A DNA stretch of 64,000 nt from a virus (Duplodnaviria; Caudoviricetes): the IMG/VR virus record IMGVR_UViG_3300046517_001147, positions 4,463 through 68,462 of that record; one strand, given 5' to 3'. A program made the position numbers and the translations under genes. Under the pieces are notes generated by a model, which made no database searches, had not been told where the DNA came from, and worked only from the letters and a program-made list of their open reading frames with translations. Below, one piece after another: positions 17,989 to 26,695 of this stretch (positions are counted from its first letter, which is position 1; every line of letters begins with the position of its first letter).

Positions 17989-18594
17989 ATGAAAGGTAGA
18001 AAGCAAACTAGATTCGATACTTCCAAGCGTCTTGAATCCTTTGCACGTCAATACGTTATCCTGGGTTTCAACGGTGAACGGGCTGCAATCGCTGCGGGTT
18101 ATGCCAGAAAGAACGCAAAGGTAACTGCTTCTAGGCTGCTAACCAAAGCCAACGTAAAGGCTCTTGTCCAGCGGTTCGCGGCGCCGATTGAAAAAAAACT
18201 AGACTTTTCCGTGCATAGAACGTTGGAACAAATTGCGCGGCATGCGTTTGTAGACCCGCGCAGATTATTCAATGCAGACAATTCAATCAAGAGAATTGCG
18301 GACCTGGACGAAGATACGGCCGCTTGTGTGCATGCGATTGAACACACTGGCAAGCGTACTGATAAGGTCCGGCTCACTAATCAACTGCATGCGCTTGAAT
18401 TGTTGGCGAGGTATCACAAACTATTCGCTGATGACGTGGTCCAGCAAGATACCGGCATCCGCGTGATTGTTGTGGATGCTCCCAGGCCGCCACGTCTAGT
18501 GGGCTCCGGTCCTGCTACAACGTCGAACGGTAACGGACATAATGGGAATGGGAACGGCCATTCTAACGGCCATAAACCCGACCTGGACGATTAA
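17989..18594 (+). CDS. terS: terminase small subunit
   Basis: FARQYVILGFNGERAAIAAGY.RKNA.VTASRLL...ALELLARYHKLF (Terminase_2 pattern). Confidence 0.9.
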   Translation: MKGRKQTRFDTSKRLESFARQYVILGFNGERAAIAAGYARKNAKVTASRLLTKANVKALVQRFAAPIEKKLDFSVHRTLEQIARHAFVDPRRLFNADNSIKRIADLDEDTAACVHAIEHTGKRTDKVRLTNQLHALELLARYHKLFADDVVQQDTGIRVIVVDAPRPPRLVGSGPATTSNGNGHNGNGNGHSNGHKPDLDD

Positions 18595-18598
18595 AGCT

Positions 18599-18681
18599 GT
18601 ACCCACAACTAGACGTTAGTACCCACAAATGTACCCACGATTAGCTTGACCGATGTACCCACAATCCCGTATTGTACCCAC
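18599..18681 (+). repeat. five direct repeats of GTACCCAC
   Basis: At 18599, 18619, 18631, 18655 and 18674, spanning the promoter TTGACC-N18-TATTGT and abutting ATG 18682. Confidence 0.9.
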
Positions 18682-19167
18682 ATGCCTAAGACCGAGACAA
18701 TCAAGATACGGCTAAGCGATCGGGAGTTAAGCACCTGGATACTGGCGGCTGAAAAAGAACGGGTGAGTTTATCGGAGTGGATAAGGTCGTGCTGCTCCAG
18801 GCCGGAAGGGAACGACAATGGAAACGAGACTAGTCAAAACGTGTCACGGGCTCCGCGAGATTCGTCTACTAGACGGCGCGGTACTTCCGCCGGACGTGAG
18901 TCCAAGCGAACCGATCGAACATTCCGTGCGCCTCAAAAAAATAGTGAGTCTTGGGGAATTGATTCCAGTCCGGCGTCGAATGGGGATAGCGGAGCAGTTG
19001 AGACAACTAGTGCGGTCGGCATTCCTGAATCCGTTCCAGTCCAAAGAGTAATCCACACGGCCACATCTAACCGGCTAACCTGCCTCTGCAATACCTGTAC
19101 GCTCTACCGCAAGAATAATTCCCTGCCTATCGGCGGGTTGCCTAAGAAAGAAAAGGTACAACGGTGA
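18682..19167 (+). CDS. ribbon-helix-helix DNA-binding protein with disordered linker and Cys motif
   Basis: MPKTETIKIRLSDRELSTWILAAEKERVSLSEWIRS; C-terminal H...CLCNTC. Confidence 0.7.
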   Translation: MPKTETIKIRLSDRELSTWILAAEKERVSLSEWIRSCCSRPEGNDNGNETSQNVSRAPRDSSTRRRGTSAGRESKRTDRTFRAPQKNSESWGIDSSPASNGDSGAVETTSAVGIPESVPVQRVIHTATSNRLTCLCNTCTLYRKNNSLPIGGLPKKEKVQR

Positions 19168-19403
19168 GCGACCTGGACCTGGATCAGCTTGTCCATACTC
19201 CCGAAGGCCGGTTAATGCTGGAAGTCTTGCAAGGTCGTCGGCTGCCGCTGATGGTGTGCATACAGGACAAGGGCGAAGTCGTGTTCTGGTATCCTCCGAA
19301 AATCCTCAATAACCTAATGACCGATGGCGAGCGTTTGATTGAGTGGACTAGGTTGCTTGAGGAGCATGCGGCGCGGATGCTGGATCAGGTTCCCAAACAA
19401 TGA
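19164..19403 (+). CDS. hypothetical protein
   Basis: GTGA-coupled. Confidence 0.55.
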   Translation: MSDLDLDQLVHTPEGRLMLEVLQGRRLPLMVCIQDKGEVVFWYPPKILNNLMTDGERLIEWTRLLEEHAARMLDQVPKQ

Positions 19404-19555
19404 AGTGGAAGCATTGTTCTCGCTGTGACGCGGTGCGCGGTCCGTGTAATCCTGTTAAAACTGGGTGGCGTCGTGGTCCTATTGGCGGGAAAGTGTATAC
19501 GTTATGTCCTGAGTGCACGGCGGCGCTGCTCAAGCTGTTTAGGCTCCAGCGATGA
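19400..19555 (+). CDS. small zinc-finger protein (not in the ORF track)
   Basis: MKWKHCSRC...LCPECT; ATGA coupling. Confidence 0.5.
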   Translation: MKWKHCSRCDAVRGPCNPVKTGWRRGPIGGKVYTLCPECTAALLKLFRLQR

Positions 19556-19654
19556 AACGTGTGGCGGTATGGCTTGCCTACTCTTTAGGCGTGGTAACTG
19601 GTTTCGGTGCTGGCGTATGCTTCGCGTCTTGGATGCTGAATCAATGGTGAGAGT

Positions 19655-20017
19655 ATGAGAAACGAAGATTTGATACGGGCCATAGCGCACGATAGGGAAG
19701 GGCGAGTATTCACCGACGAAGTGTTGGCGCCATTCCTAGAATTGGCAGCGCGGTCTATTCCCTATATAGCGGCCGGGCTTGCGGCGGAGTCTCGCGGGTT
19801 GAGTGAGCACGCAAGGTTCTGGTTGTCTTGCGTTCCGCATGCTGTAGCGAATAGCGAGCCGGATGAGCAGGACGAAAGTGCGGAGCGCGCGCGGCGGGTG
19901 GTTCAAGCTGCTATCCGTTTGGCGAAGGCGGGAACATCGTGCGGTGCGGGAGAACTGCCTTACGAATCTCTGCATGCTCTGTATGATGCGGTACGGGAGT
20001 ATGAGCGTGAGGGTTAA
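19655..20017 (+). CDS. hypothetical protein
   Basis: packed operon. Confidence 0.55.
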   Translation: MRNEDLIRAIAHDREGRVFTDEVLAPFLELAARSIPYIAAGLAAESRGLSEHARFWLSCVPHAVANSEPDEQDESAERARRVVQAAIRLAKAGTSCGAGELPYESLHALYDAVREYEREG

Positions 20018-20570
20018 GCGGAGCGCAACTGGCGAGCGGTTATGGCGTGAGTTTCGGGTGCGGGTAGTTATCCCTGGAACGAAGGATATAGTCTGGCGGT
20101 CACATCCGCCGGCGAAGCGGGGATACTCTGCGGCCGATCTCGATAAGATGCTCGACCAGGTTGCGGAGCATTTAGAGAAGCGGTTTCCGTCGATAGAGTT
20201 TCGTATGGTGGAACTAGGTCCAAACGTTTTTAACTTCATCTATGAGGGGAGAAAAGAATTGTCAGAACCAGTCAAGAATCCTTGTCCGAGTAATGCGGTG
20301 GCTTCGGAGATTGCGCGGGGAGTGTGTGCAGTGTCCGGCCATTCGATAGCGTCACTTTCGAACGGTCATCAAGTCGGGCCGCAAGGCATAGTTCCGATGG
20401 CCATAACCGTCTGCACCAAGTGCGGTATTGGGTTGAATGAGATACGCGAGGGAACTGATCGGGCGTTTAATATGGCGGTCGCTGAGGGCGTCAAGCAAGC
20501 GGTGGCTGCGTTGCATCCTCCGCCGATGCCGGTGCCCGATGCTAAAGTACCAGTTACGGAACCGGCTTAA
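20001..20570 (+). CDS. hypothetical protein with zinc motif
   Basis: ATG 20001 with GGGAG; CAVSGH...CTKCG. Confidence 0.55.
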   Translation: MSVRVKRSATGERLWREFRVRVVIPGTKDIVWRSHPPAKRGYSAADLDKMLDQVAEHLEKRFPSIEFRMVELGPNVFNFIYEGRKELSEPVKNPCPSNAVASEIARGVCAVSGHSIASLSNGHQVGPQGIVPMAITVCTKCGIGLNEIREGTDRAFNMAVAEGVKQAVAALHPPPMPVPDAKVPVTEPA

Positions 20571-20614
20571 TCTGATATTCTCCCGTTGTTTGCTGAAGTT
20601 CAACGGGGATAGAC

Positions 20615-20722
20615 AATCGTTCGGGGGGTTAGTTTGGGACGTTGCAGACTGCATGCCCTAGGTGGTTTGACCATCGCGTGCTTTCCATGTTCCTCTGAGG
20701 GCTAATCTCCTGAACGGTTTTT
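20615..20722 (+). ncRNA. putative structured RNA or complex terminator upstream of terL
   Basis: 21-bp closing stem (20615-20635/20699-20719) fully paired only with G-U on the + strand; nested inner stems; T-run follows. Confidence 0.55.
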
Positions 20723-20738
20723 CTGGTAGTATCCTGCC

Positions 20739-22430
20739 GTGAGTCCTGCCGCAATCTCTGAACCTGTAGACGACGGTCAACGTAGTACTTCTTCGTTCTA
20801 TCAGCCATGGCCACATCAAATTGCTTTTCACTGTTCTCCTGCGAAGTATCGTTTACAGGTCGGCGGGTTTGGTTCTGGCAAGTCGCGGCCGCTGCTGATG
20901 GAAGCAATCTTTCACTGCTTAGAGTATCCGGGCTCGAATAGCATCATCCTGCGTAAGACAATTCCTGATCTAAAACGGACGGTGATCGACAAGTTTCTGG
21001 CGGATGTGCCGCGCTGGATGTACCAGTTCTACCACCAAGGCGACCACATTGTTTATTTCCATCCGCAACCCGAAGTGGACGCGAAAGGTAAGCCAACGGG
21101 TAAGATGCTGCAAAGCAAGTTGTTCTTTGGAGCGTGCGAACGCGAAGCGGATGTAGGCAAGTATCTTTCTACGGAGTACGTCTTTATCGGGTTTGAGGAG
21201 TTGGGAGAGTTTTCGTTTGCCATTTGGGATGCGCTGGCTGGCCGCAATCGCTGCCCGATCCCTGGAACACGTCCAACGATGGGTGGCGCCACTAACCCGA
21301 TGGGTGTCGGCTGGTCATGGATTAAGAAGCTGTGGAAGGATAAAAAACCGTTTCAAGGAATGGATGCGGAGAAATACGACGCTGCCGATTATGAGTACTT
21401 CCATTCGACGGTGGACAATAACCCGCTGTACGCGAACAACAAAGAATATATAGCGCAACTGGAACGGTCACCACTGCGAGATAAAATCCGGTGGGGCAAA
21501 ATGGATTCGGTTTCCGGTCAGTTCTTCGAGAACTGGGAGCCGGTCAGACATTGTAGAGCAGCGAGCGATTTCACTTTTGAGGACTGGCAACCAGTATGGG
21601 TGGGATGGGACTACGGTTTTGGTCACTATGCCGGTATTGTTTTTTTCACTAAAGCGATTCTAAAACCTAATCTCAAGTTTGGATGGGACAAGCCGCGGCG
21701 GGTCAATGTGGCCATTAAAGAGTTGGTTATGTCCGGTGCTGCCGATGGCCAATCGCAAGGCGCTACTCCGGAGGAGCAAGCTAAAGCGCTGATTGCGTGC
21801 ATCCCGCGAGTACAGATGCGGTCGCATAAAACCGGAGAAGATTTTGAGATGGAAGATACCTTCTCGTATGAGGAGCAAGAACGGGACAACGAGTACGGGT
21901 ATAAGTGGAATGTGGACTCGATCCACTTTTCCTGGGAGCGGTTTAACCGCACGGTGAGTAATCGCACGGTAGCCGATGAAGTGGGAGAATTGTTGCAGCG
22001 TGCGGGTTTGCCTTTGCCTACACGGTCAAACACGGATCGGGTGGCCGGATGGCAAAAGATTTATGATTTGCTGGACACCGATGAGTTCTTTGTATTACAA
22101 AACGAGTGCCCGACATTGGCCGAAGCGATACCGTTGCTGGTAAGAGGCGATGGGATAACCTGTTCGGCTGAGGATGTGGTCAAGCCAAAAGGACTAAGTT
22201 TGAATGACGATATTGCCGAAGCATGCCGGTACGGGATTGCGGGAACGTTGTTAGATGCTTCCGATGTTCCGGAGTCGGTCAAGTTGCGCGAAAGATTACA
22301 GGCAATTAAAGACCCCATGGCCAGAGCAGCAGCAGCGTATAGGGATTACAACTTGAAACAAGCAGCGCTGAAAAGACCGCCAAAGCCTATATCGGTTCCA
22401 AGCTGGTACAACAAATTGAGGCCGCAATGA
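20739..22430 (+). CDS. terL: terminase large subunit
   Basis: PWPHQ, Walker A GGFGSGKS, Walker B FIGFEE, ATNP, RNase-H-like VGWDYG, DDIAEACRY. Confidence 0.95.
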   Translation: MSPAAISEPVDDGQRSTSSFYQPWPHQIAFHCSPAKYRLQVGGFGSGKSRPLLMEAIFHCLEYPGSNSIILRKTIPDLKRTVIDKFLADVPRWMYQFYHQGDHIVYFHPQPEVDAKGKPTGKMLQSKLFFGACEREADVGKYLSTEYVFIGFEELGEFSFAIWDALAGRNRCPIPGTRPTMGGATNPMGVGWSWIKKLWKDKKPFQGMDAEKYDAADYEYFHSTVDNNPLYANNKEYIAQLERSPLRDKIRWGKMDSVSGQFFENWEPVRHCRAASDFTFEDWQPVWVGWDYGFGHYAGIVFFTKAILKPNLKFGWDKPRRVNVAIKELVMSGAADGQSQGATPEEQAKALIACIPRVQMRSHKTGEDFEMEDTFSYEEQERDNEYGYKWNVDSIHFSWERFNRTVSNRTVADEVGELLQRAGLPLPTRSNTDRVAGWQKIYDLLDTDEFFVLQNECPTLAEAIPLLVRGDGITCSAEDVVKPKGLSLNDDIAEACRYGIAGTLLDASDVPESVKLRERLQAIKDPMARAAAAYRDYNLKQAALKRPPKPISVPSWYNKLRPQ

Positions 22431-22642
22431 AGAACATCAGGCAAGAGGTAACGTTTGATTGCGGCTGCCGTTTTGTGAATGGCGGTGCCGTTGCACTCTG
22501 CGAGCGTGGGCGGGTTGAAGGTGGGTGCCTAGTCCATTTGGATGACTTGGACCTAGCACGCGAACGTGCGCGCATGTCCGTGCTGGAGCTAACCGAAAAA
22601 GATGTGAGACTTCTGCGAGCTATGAAGATTGAGGCGCCCTAG
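22427..22642 (+). CDS. hypothetical protein
   Basis: ATGA-coupled to terL. Confidence 0.5.
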   Translation: MKNIRQEVTFDCGCRFVNGGAVALCERGRVEGGCLVHLDDLDLARERARMSVLELTEKDVRLLRAMKIEAP

Positions 22643-23032
22643 ATGACCTGGTATCGTTCAAAATATGTCCAGTTTCTTGAATCGGAATTGGACGCTATGC
22701 GTAAACGTCATGCCGAGGACGTAGCAACCTTAAAAAATCTTCACGCCGAAGAAATGAATCGGTGTATTGTAGAGGCCAATCGGGGATGGGCGGAAGCGGA
22801 TCGCTTGCGGCAATTCCTGATTCCAGGTATTCCTCAAACTGTCCGCACGGCTCCTGAACCAACAGATAATTCTCCCGTCGAAGAAAAGGAACTGGAGCAC
22901 GGCACTCCGTACCAACGGCTGCTCGCAAAACGGCAGAAAGAAATTCAAGCGGCCTACGAGCAAGCGGAAGCAAAAGAAAAGATCAGGTTCGAAGCAGCAA
23001 AAGCAGCAGAGGCGGCTACAGCGCCGTCCTAG
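22643..23032 (+). CDS. hypothetical coiled-coil protein
   Basis: packed operon. Confidence 0.55.
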   Translation: MTWYRSKYVQFLESELDAMRKRHAEDVATLKNLHAEEMNRCIVEANRGWAEADRLRQFLIPGIPQTVRTAPEPTDNSPVEEKELEHGTPYQRLLAKRQKEIQAAYEQAEAKEKIRFEAAKAAEAATAPS

Positions 23033-23043
23033 GAGAAAACGAA

Positions 23044-23472
23044 ATGGGAGTTTACGCAAACGACGGAACGCCTCACCACTCAATGAGCCGGGCACGGATG
23101 CACGAAGAGACACAGGCCAGTAAGCCTAAAGCAATGCCCGACAAGAAACCGACGGACGGAGTGCAAAAAGAATCTTCCTCCGAATCGATTGAGGATGTGG
23201 TAGGCAAACACGGTCCAGCGCACGAAATGCACTACACTCACGACAAAGCCAGCAATAAGCATAAAGTCAATTCCAAGCACGGCGAAGAAGGCCACGAACA
23301 CAATTCGGAACATGACACGCCAGAGGATGCCATGGACCACATGCACAAGGCCGCCGGCGCGCAGGATGACGAAGAGAATGAGGACGAAGAGTTTGGCGAG
23401 GAAGCCGGCGAAGAAATGCCGGAAATGCAGCAAGCCTCCTCCGGTCGTCACGGCCACATCCCAGGACTCTAA
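23044..23472 (+). CDS. His-rich acidic protein
   Basis: AGGAG RBS; many His residues and a D/E-rich tract. Confidence 0.65.
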   Translation: MGVYANDGTPHHSMSRARMHEETQASKPKAMPDKKPTDGVQKESSSESIEDVVGKHGPAHEMHYTHDKASNKHKVNSKHGEEGHEHNSEHDTPEDAMDHMHKAAGAQDDEENEDEEFGEEAGEEMPEMQQASSGRHGHIPGL

Positions 23473-23654
23473 TGCCGTCAAGCGAGATCATGCCGAAATT
23501 CAGGGCGGGGGAACTGCATTCCGGTTCCTCTGGCGGTCCTGTCGTCAAAAAGAAAAAACAAGCCAAAGCTATTCTCCTCTCTTATCTCCGCAAGGAAGGC
23601 CACGACATTCCTGAAAAGAAAGCGACCGGATTCCATAGCAAGAAGGCGAGGTAG
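23472..23654 (+). CDS. DUF6496-like small basic protein
   Basis: MPKFRAGELHSGSSGGPVVKKKKQAKAILLS. Confidence 0.65.
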   Translation: MPSSEIMPKFRAGELHSGSSGGPVVKKKKQAKAILLSYLRKEGHDIPEKKATGFHSKKAR

Positions 23655-23656
23655 GA

Positions 23657-23986
23657 ATGATTCGAATTGATGCTGGCGGTAGCATGCTGACGGAAGGAAT
23701 CTCCGAACTTGCCTTGAACGAACTGAAAGCGGTCAACGAGGAAAACTATCCTAAGCCCTGGGAAGTGATTCTATATCCGGAGCACATGCAACTCATGGCC
23801 AGATTGAAACAACTTGTTTTCCTTCCCACTGATTCTCAAGTGAAACATAACTACCCGCGTGTCCAGTTTCACGGAATGACCGTCATACAAGACCTGAATT
23901 TTTCCAAAGATATGATCGAGATGCGCGATGCCAGGGGAAAATCTCTCGCGGTGATCGTGAATCTTTCTTTGCCGTCTTATGGATAA
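23657..23986 (+). CDS. hypothetical protein
   Basis: packed operon. Confidence 0.55.
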   Translation: MIRIDAGGSMLTEGISELALNELKAVNEENYPKPWEVILYPEHMQLMARLKQLVFLPTDSQVKHNYPRVQFHGMTVIQDLNFSKDMIEMRDARGKSLAVIVNLSLPSYG

Positions 23987-24170
23987 AATATCGAAAGAGG
24001 CGGCAAAGTATACGGCGGTGGCCAAGATGAACCAGCACTGCCGGGATTGCCGACACTTCATCGTGCCGCATTCCTGTGAACGGGTGATCGGAGCTATCGC
24101 GGTAGGCGGATGGTGTAAACTCTGGGCCGAGAAACATTCTTTGGCAAGGAAACGCAGCACAATCGGGTGA
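23979..24170 (+). CDS. HiPIP-like high-potential iron-sulfur protein
   Basis: KISKEAAKY...QHCRDCRHF..PHSCERVIGAIAVGGWCKLW matches the four-Cys HiPIP signature. Confidence 0.8.
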   Translation: MDKISKEAAKYTAVAKMNQHCRDCRHFIVPHSCERVIGAIAVGGWCKLWAEKHSLARKRSTIG

Positions 24171-24182
24171 TTGCGGGGAGTA

Positions 24183-26648
24183 TTGGCAACTGACGTTTTA
24201 GAGAAAACAGATGCAACCGACCAGTCTGCCGACCAGTACAAAGCTGGCGTGCTGGCCGGCATTGAATTTGCCGCGGTCGGTGACTTTACCAAAGTCGATT
24301 TAACTGCCTCTGAAAAGAATGCTTTCAAGGAACTGGTCACTAAAGCCAGCAAGAGAGACTATCCGGCGCGTCTGATCGAAGTCATCCAAGCCTGGGAAGC
24401 GGCACTCTTCTATCGTGGGTTTCAGTTTCTTCTGCCGCGTGTTGGTGGCGGATGGGAAATTCCAGGGGAATCAACCGGCTATGGTCCGTCCATGCAGATG
24501 GACTTGTCACTGCTCCCGACCAACATCTATTCCAGTTACGCGCAAATTATTATTTCCTCACTGACCCGCGCCGTGCCCAATGTTCGGTTCGAACCGCAGG
24601 ACGCCGACAACGATGCACAGATTACCGCGACGGAAGCGGCCGACAAGTTTGTAAAAGTGGTGGCGCGCAATAATGACCTGACGATGGTCCAGACCGATGC
24701 TTGCCGGTATTTCTGGACCGATGGCCGCGCGCTCTACTACACCCGATTCATTAAAGATGGCCAAAGGTTTGGTTGGGAAGAAGACGACGAAAACGATTCG
24801 ATCGTTCCGGAAGATGAACCACCGACCGATGTTGTGGATCAGATGGTAGCCGAAGAAGAGCAAACGGAAGTTGGCGGAGAGGGAGAAGCCAAACAAGAAG
24901 TCAAGCAGCGCACTCCGCGAGGCCAGGAAGTCAGAACGGCGCACGGCAAGCTGGAAGTCAAACTTACGCCGATGATGGCCAACTGCCTGGAGGAAGTGGA
25001 CGTATTGCAGTATGAAACCGAAGTCAGTATGTCCCGCGCCAAAGGCACTTTCCCCTGGTGCTCTGACGAAATCAAAAGCGGAGCGAATGGAATTACCGAA
25101 GGCGAAATCGCCAAGCTCGCTCGCCAGAACGTCAAGCTGGGCATGCAGTCCACTTACATCACTTCGGATTCGATAGCCGACGATTGCACCATTCAACGCA
25201 ACTGGTTCCGTCCGAATGTGTTGATGGACGTAAAAGATAGGGATGTGCGCGATAGTTTGCTCGGCAAGTTTCCCGATGGCGCTCTGGTAGTGTATGCCGG
25301 CGAGACGTTGTGCTTTGCGCGCAATGAGTCTATGGATGATTCCTGGGCTTTGGGGCAAGCCTATTCCGGCGACGGCCAGAATAGAAATGCCATGGGCACT
25401 TCGCTCATGCCGCTACAAAAAAGGCTAAATAACTGGTTGGATTTGATGAATGACTCGTTTGTTAGAGCCATTCCTAAGAAGTGGTTCCACAACAAAGCAT
25501 TCAGCGCAGAAGCGCTCCGCCAGCAAACTAACGTTCCAGGTGACTCTGGAACCTACAAGCCGATACCGGGTTTGACCGCGGACCAACTGGTATTCGTCGA
25601 ACCGGCCGTGCAAATGTCTCCCGCATTGCCGGAGTTTATTAATTCCTACAAGGGCGAATTTGCGGAACTGGTGACTGGCGGGTATCCCGCTCTAGCCGGC
25701 GGTGATACCGGAGCGAATGATACCAAAGGCGGAATCGCCATTCAGCGCGATCAAGCCCTAGGGAGAATCGGTCCTACTTGGCACGTCATTCAGAACATGG
25801 AAGCGACCGCTTCACGCCAAGCGGTACGGTGGGGAGCGCGGTGCCGCGATAAAAGTATCAATGAACGTATACCCGGCGGCGATGCCATACGCCTAGAAAT
25901 CAACGACCTGAAAGCGAATATCCTGTGTTTCCCAGAAGCCAACGAAAGTTTTCCGGAAACGTATGTGCAAAAACAGAATCGGTTGATGGGGCTCTTGGAT
26001 GGCTCGGCCAAGAATCCTGCTCTGCAGGAAGTGTTCTTTAATGCCGCCAACTTGGTTTTCCTCAAACGTATGGTGGCGCTTGACGAACTCTACATTCCGC
26101 AAGTGGCTTCCTTTGAGAAACAGGAAGGCGAAATCGAACTGCTGCTCAAGACTACGCCCGTTCCCAATCCGCAACTGGTTGAGGCCGAACAAAAGATCAA
26201 TACGCTAAAATCAGATCCGCGCATTGATCCGGCACAGTTACAGCAAGCCGAAGCGCAACTAGCCGCCGCTCCTCAGCAAATGCTTACTTCCATGCCCGTA
26301 GCGGATTATGAGGATCACGACACGGAAGCAATGGCTTGCTGGAAATATATGAACTCTCCAGAAGGCCGCAAAGCGAAACAAGCCAATCGCAAAGGATTTG
26401 AGAACGTGGAATTGCATTGGCAAGCGCACGTAGCCGCCGCTCAAGCAAAGGCTGCTGCTAATGCTCCGCCGCCGCCGATGAAGCCTGTAAGCAAGAGTGT
26501 GAACTACAAGGATATTCCCGACCCGGCCGAAGCCGATCAGTTGTTGGTCGAAGCGGGTATTAAACCAACGCCCAAACCTCCAGGCGCATTGACCCCCGCG
26601 GCGCATGCCATGTTGCCTGAACCACAACCGCCTGTACCCGTTCAATGA
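24183..26648 (+). CDS. portal protein (P22 gp1-like)
   Basis: About 820 aa between terL and the scaffold; TNIYSSYAQIIISSLTRAVPNVRFEP, SLMPLQKRLN; Pro/Gln-rich tail. Confidence 0.85.
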   Translation: MATDVLEKTDATDQSADQYKAGVLAGIEFAAVGDFTKVDLTASEKNAFKELVTKASKRDYPARLIEVIQAWEAALFYRGFQFLLPRVGGGWEIPGESTGYGPSMQMDLSLLPTNIYSSYAQIIISSLTRAVPNVRFEPQDADNDAQITATEAADKFVKVVARNNDLTMVQTDACRYFWTDGRALYYTRFIKDGQRFGWEEDDENDSIVPEDEPPTDVVDQMVAEEEQTEVGGEGEAKQEVKQRTPRGQEVRTAHGKLEVKLTPMMANCLEEVDVLQYETEVSMSRAKGTFPWCSDEIKSGANGITEGEIAKLARQNVKLGMQSTYITSDSIADDCTIQRNWFRPNVLMDVKDRDVRDSLLGKFPDGALVVYAGETLCFARNESMDDSWALGQAYSGDGQNRNAMGTSLMPLQKRLNNWLDLMNDSFVRAIPKKWFHNKAFSAEALRQQTNVPGDSGTYKPIPGLTADQLVFVEPAVQMSPALPEFINSYKGEFAELVTGGYPALAGGDTGANDTKGGIAIQRDQALGRIGPTWHVIQNMEATASRQAVRWGARCRDKSINERIPGGDAIRLEINDLKANILCFPEANESFPETYVQKQNRLMGLLDGSAKNPALQEVFFNAANLVFLKRMVALDELYIPQVASFEKQEGEIELLLKTTPVPNPQLVEAEQKINTLKSDPRIDPAQLQQAEAQLAAAPQQMLTSMPVADYEDHDTEAMACWKYMNSPEGRKAKQANRKGFENVELHWQAHVAAAQAKAAANAPPPPMKPVSKSVNYKDIPDPAEADQLLVEAGIKPTPKPPGALTPAAHAMLPEPQPPVPVQ

Positions 26649-26695
26649 GTTTTGTTGTATAGTCTGCCAATCGGTAAATCGGGAGGAAACTTGAA

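Noticed and set aside
18599-18681. GTACCCAC repeats as a CRISPR array
   Set aside because: Repeats are 8 bp with 4-16 bp gaps, and no cas genes are present.
20615-20722. tRNA gene
   Set aside because: No cloverleaf, no canonical T-loop GTTCGA and no acceptor stem with CCA.
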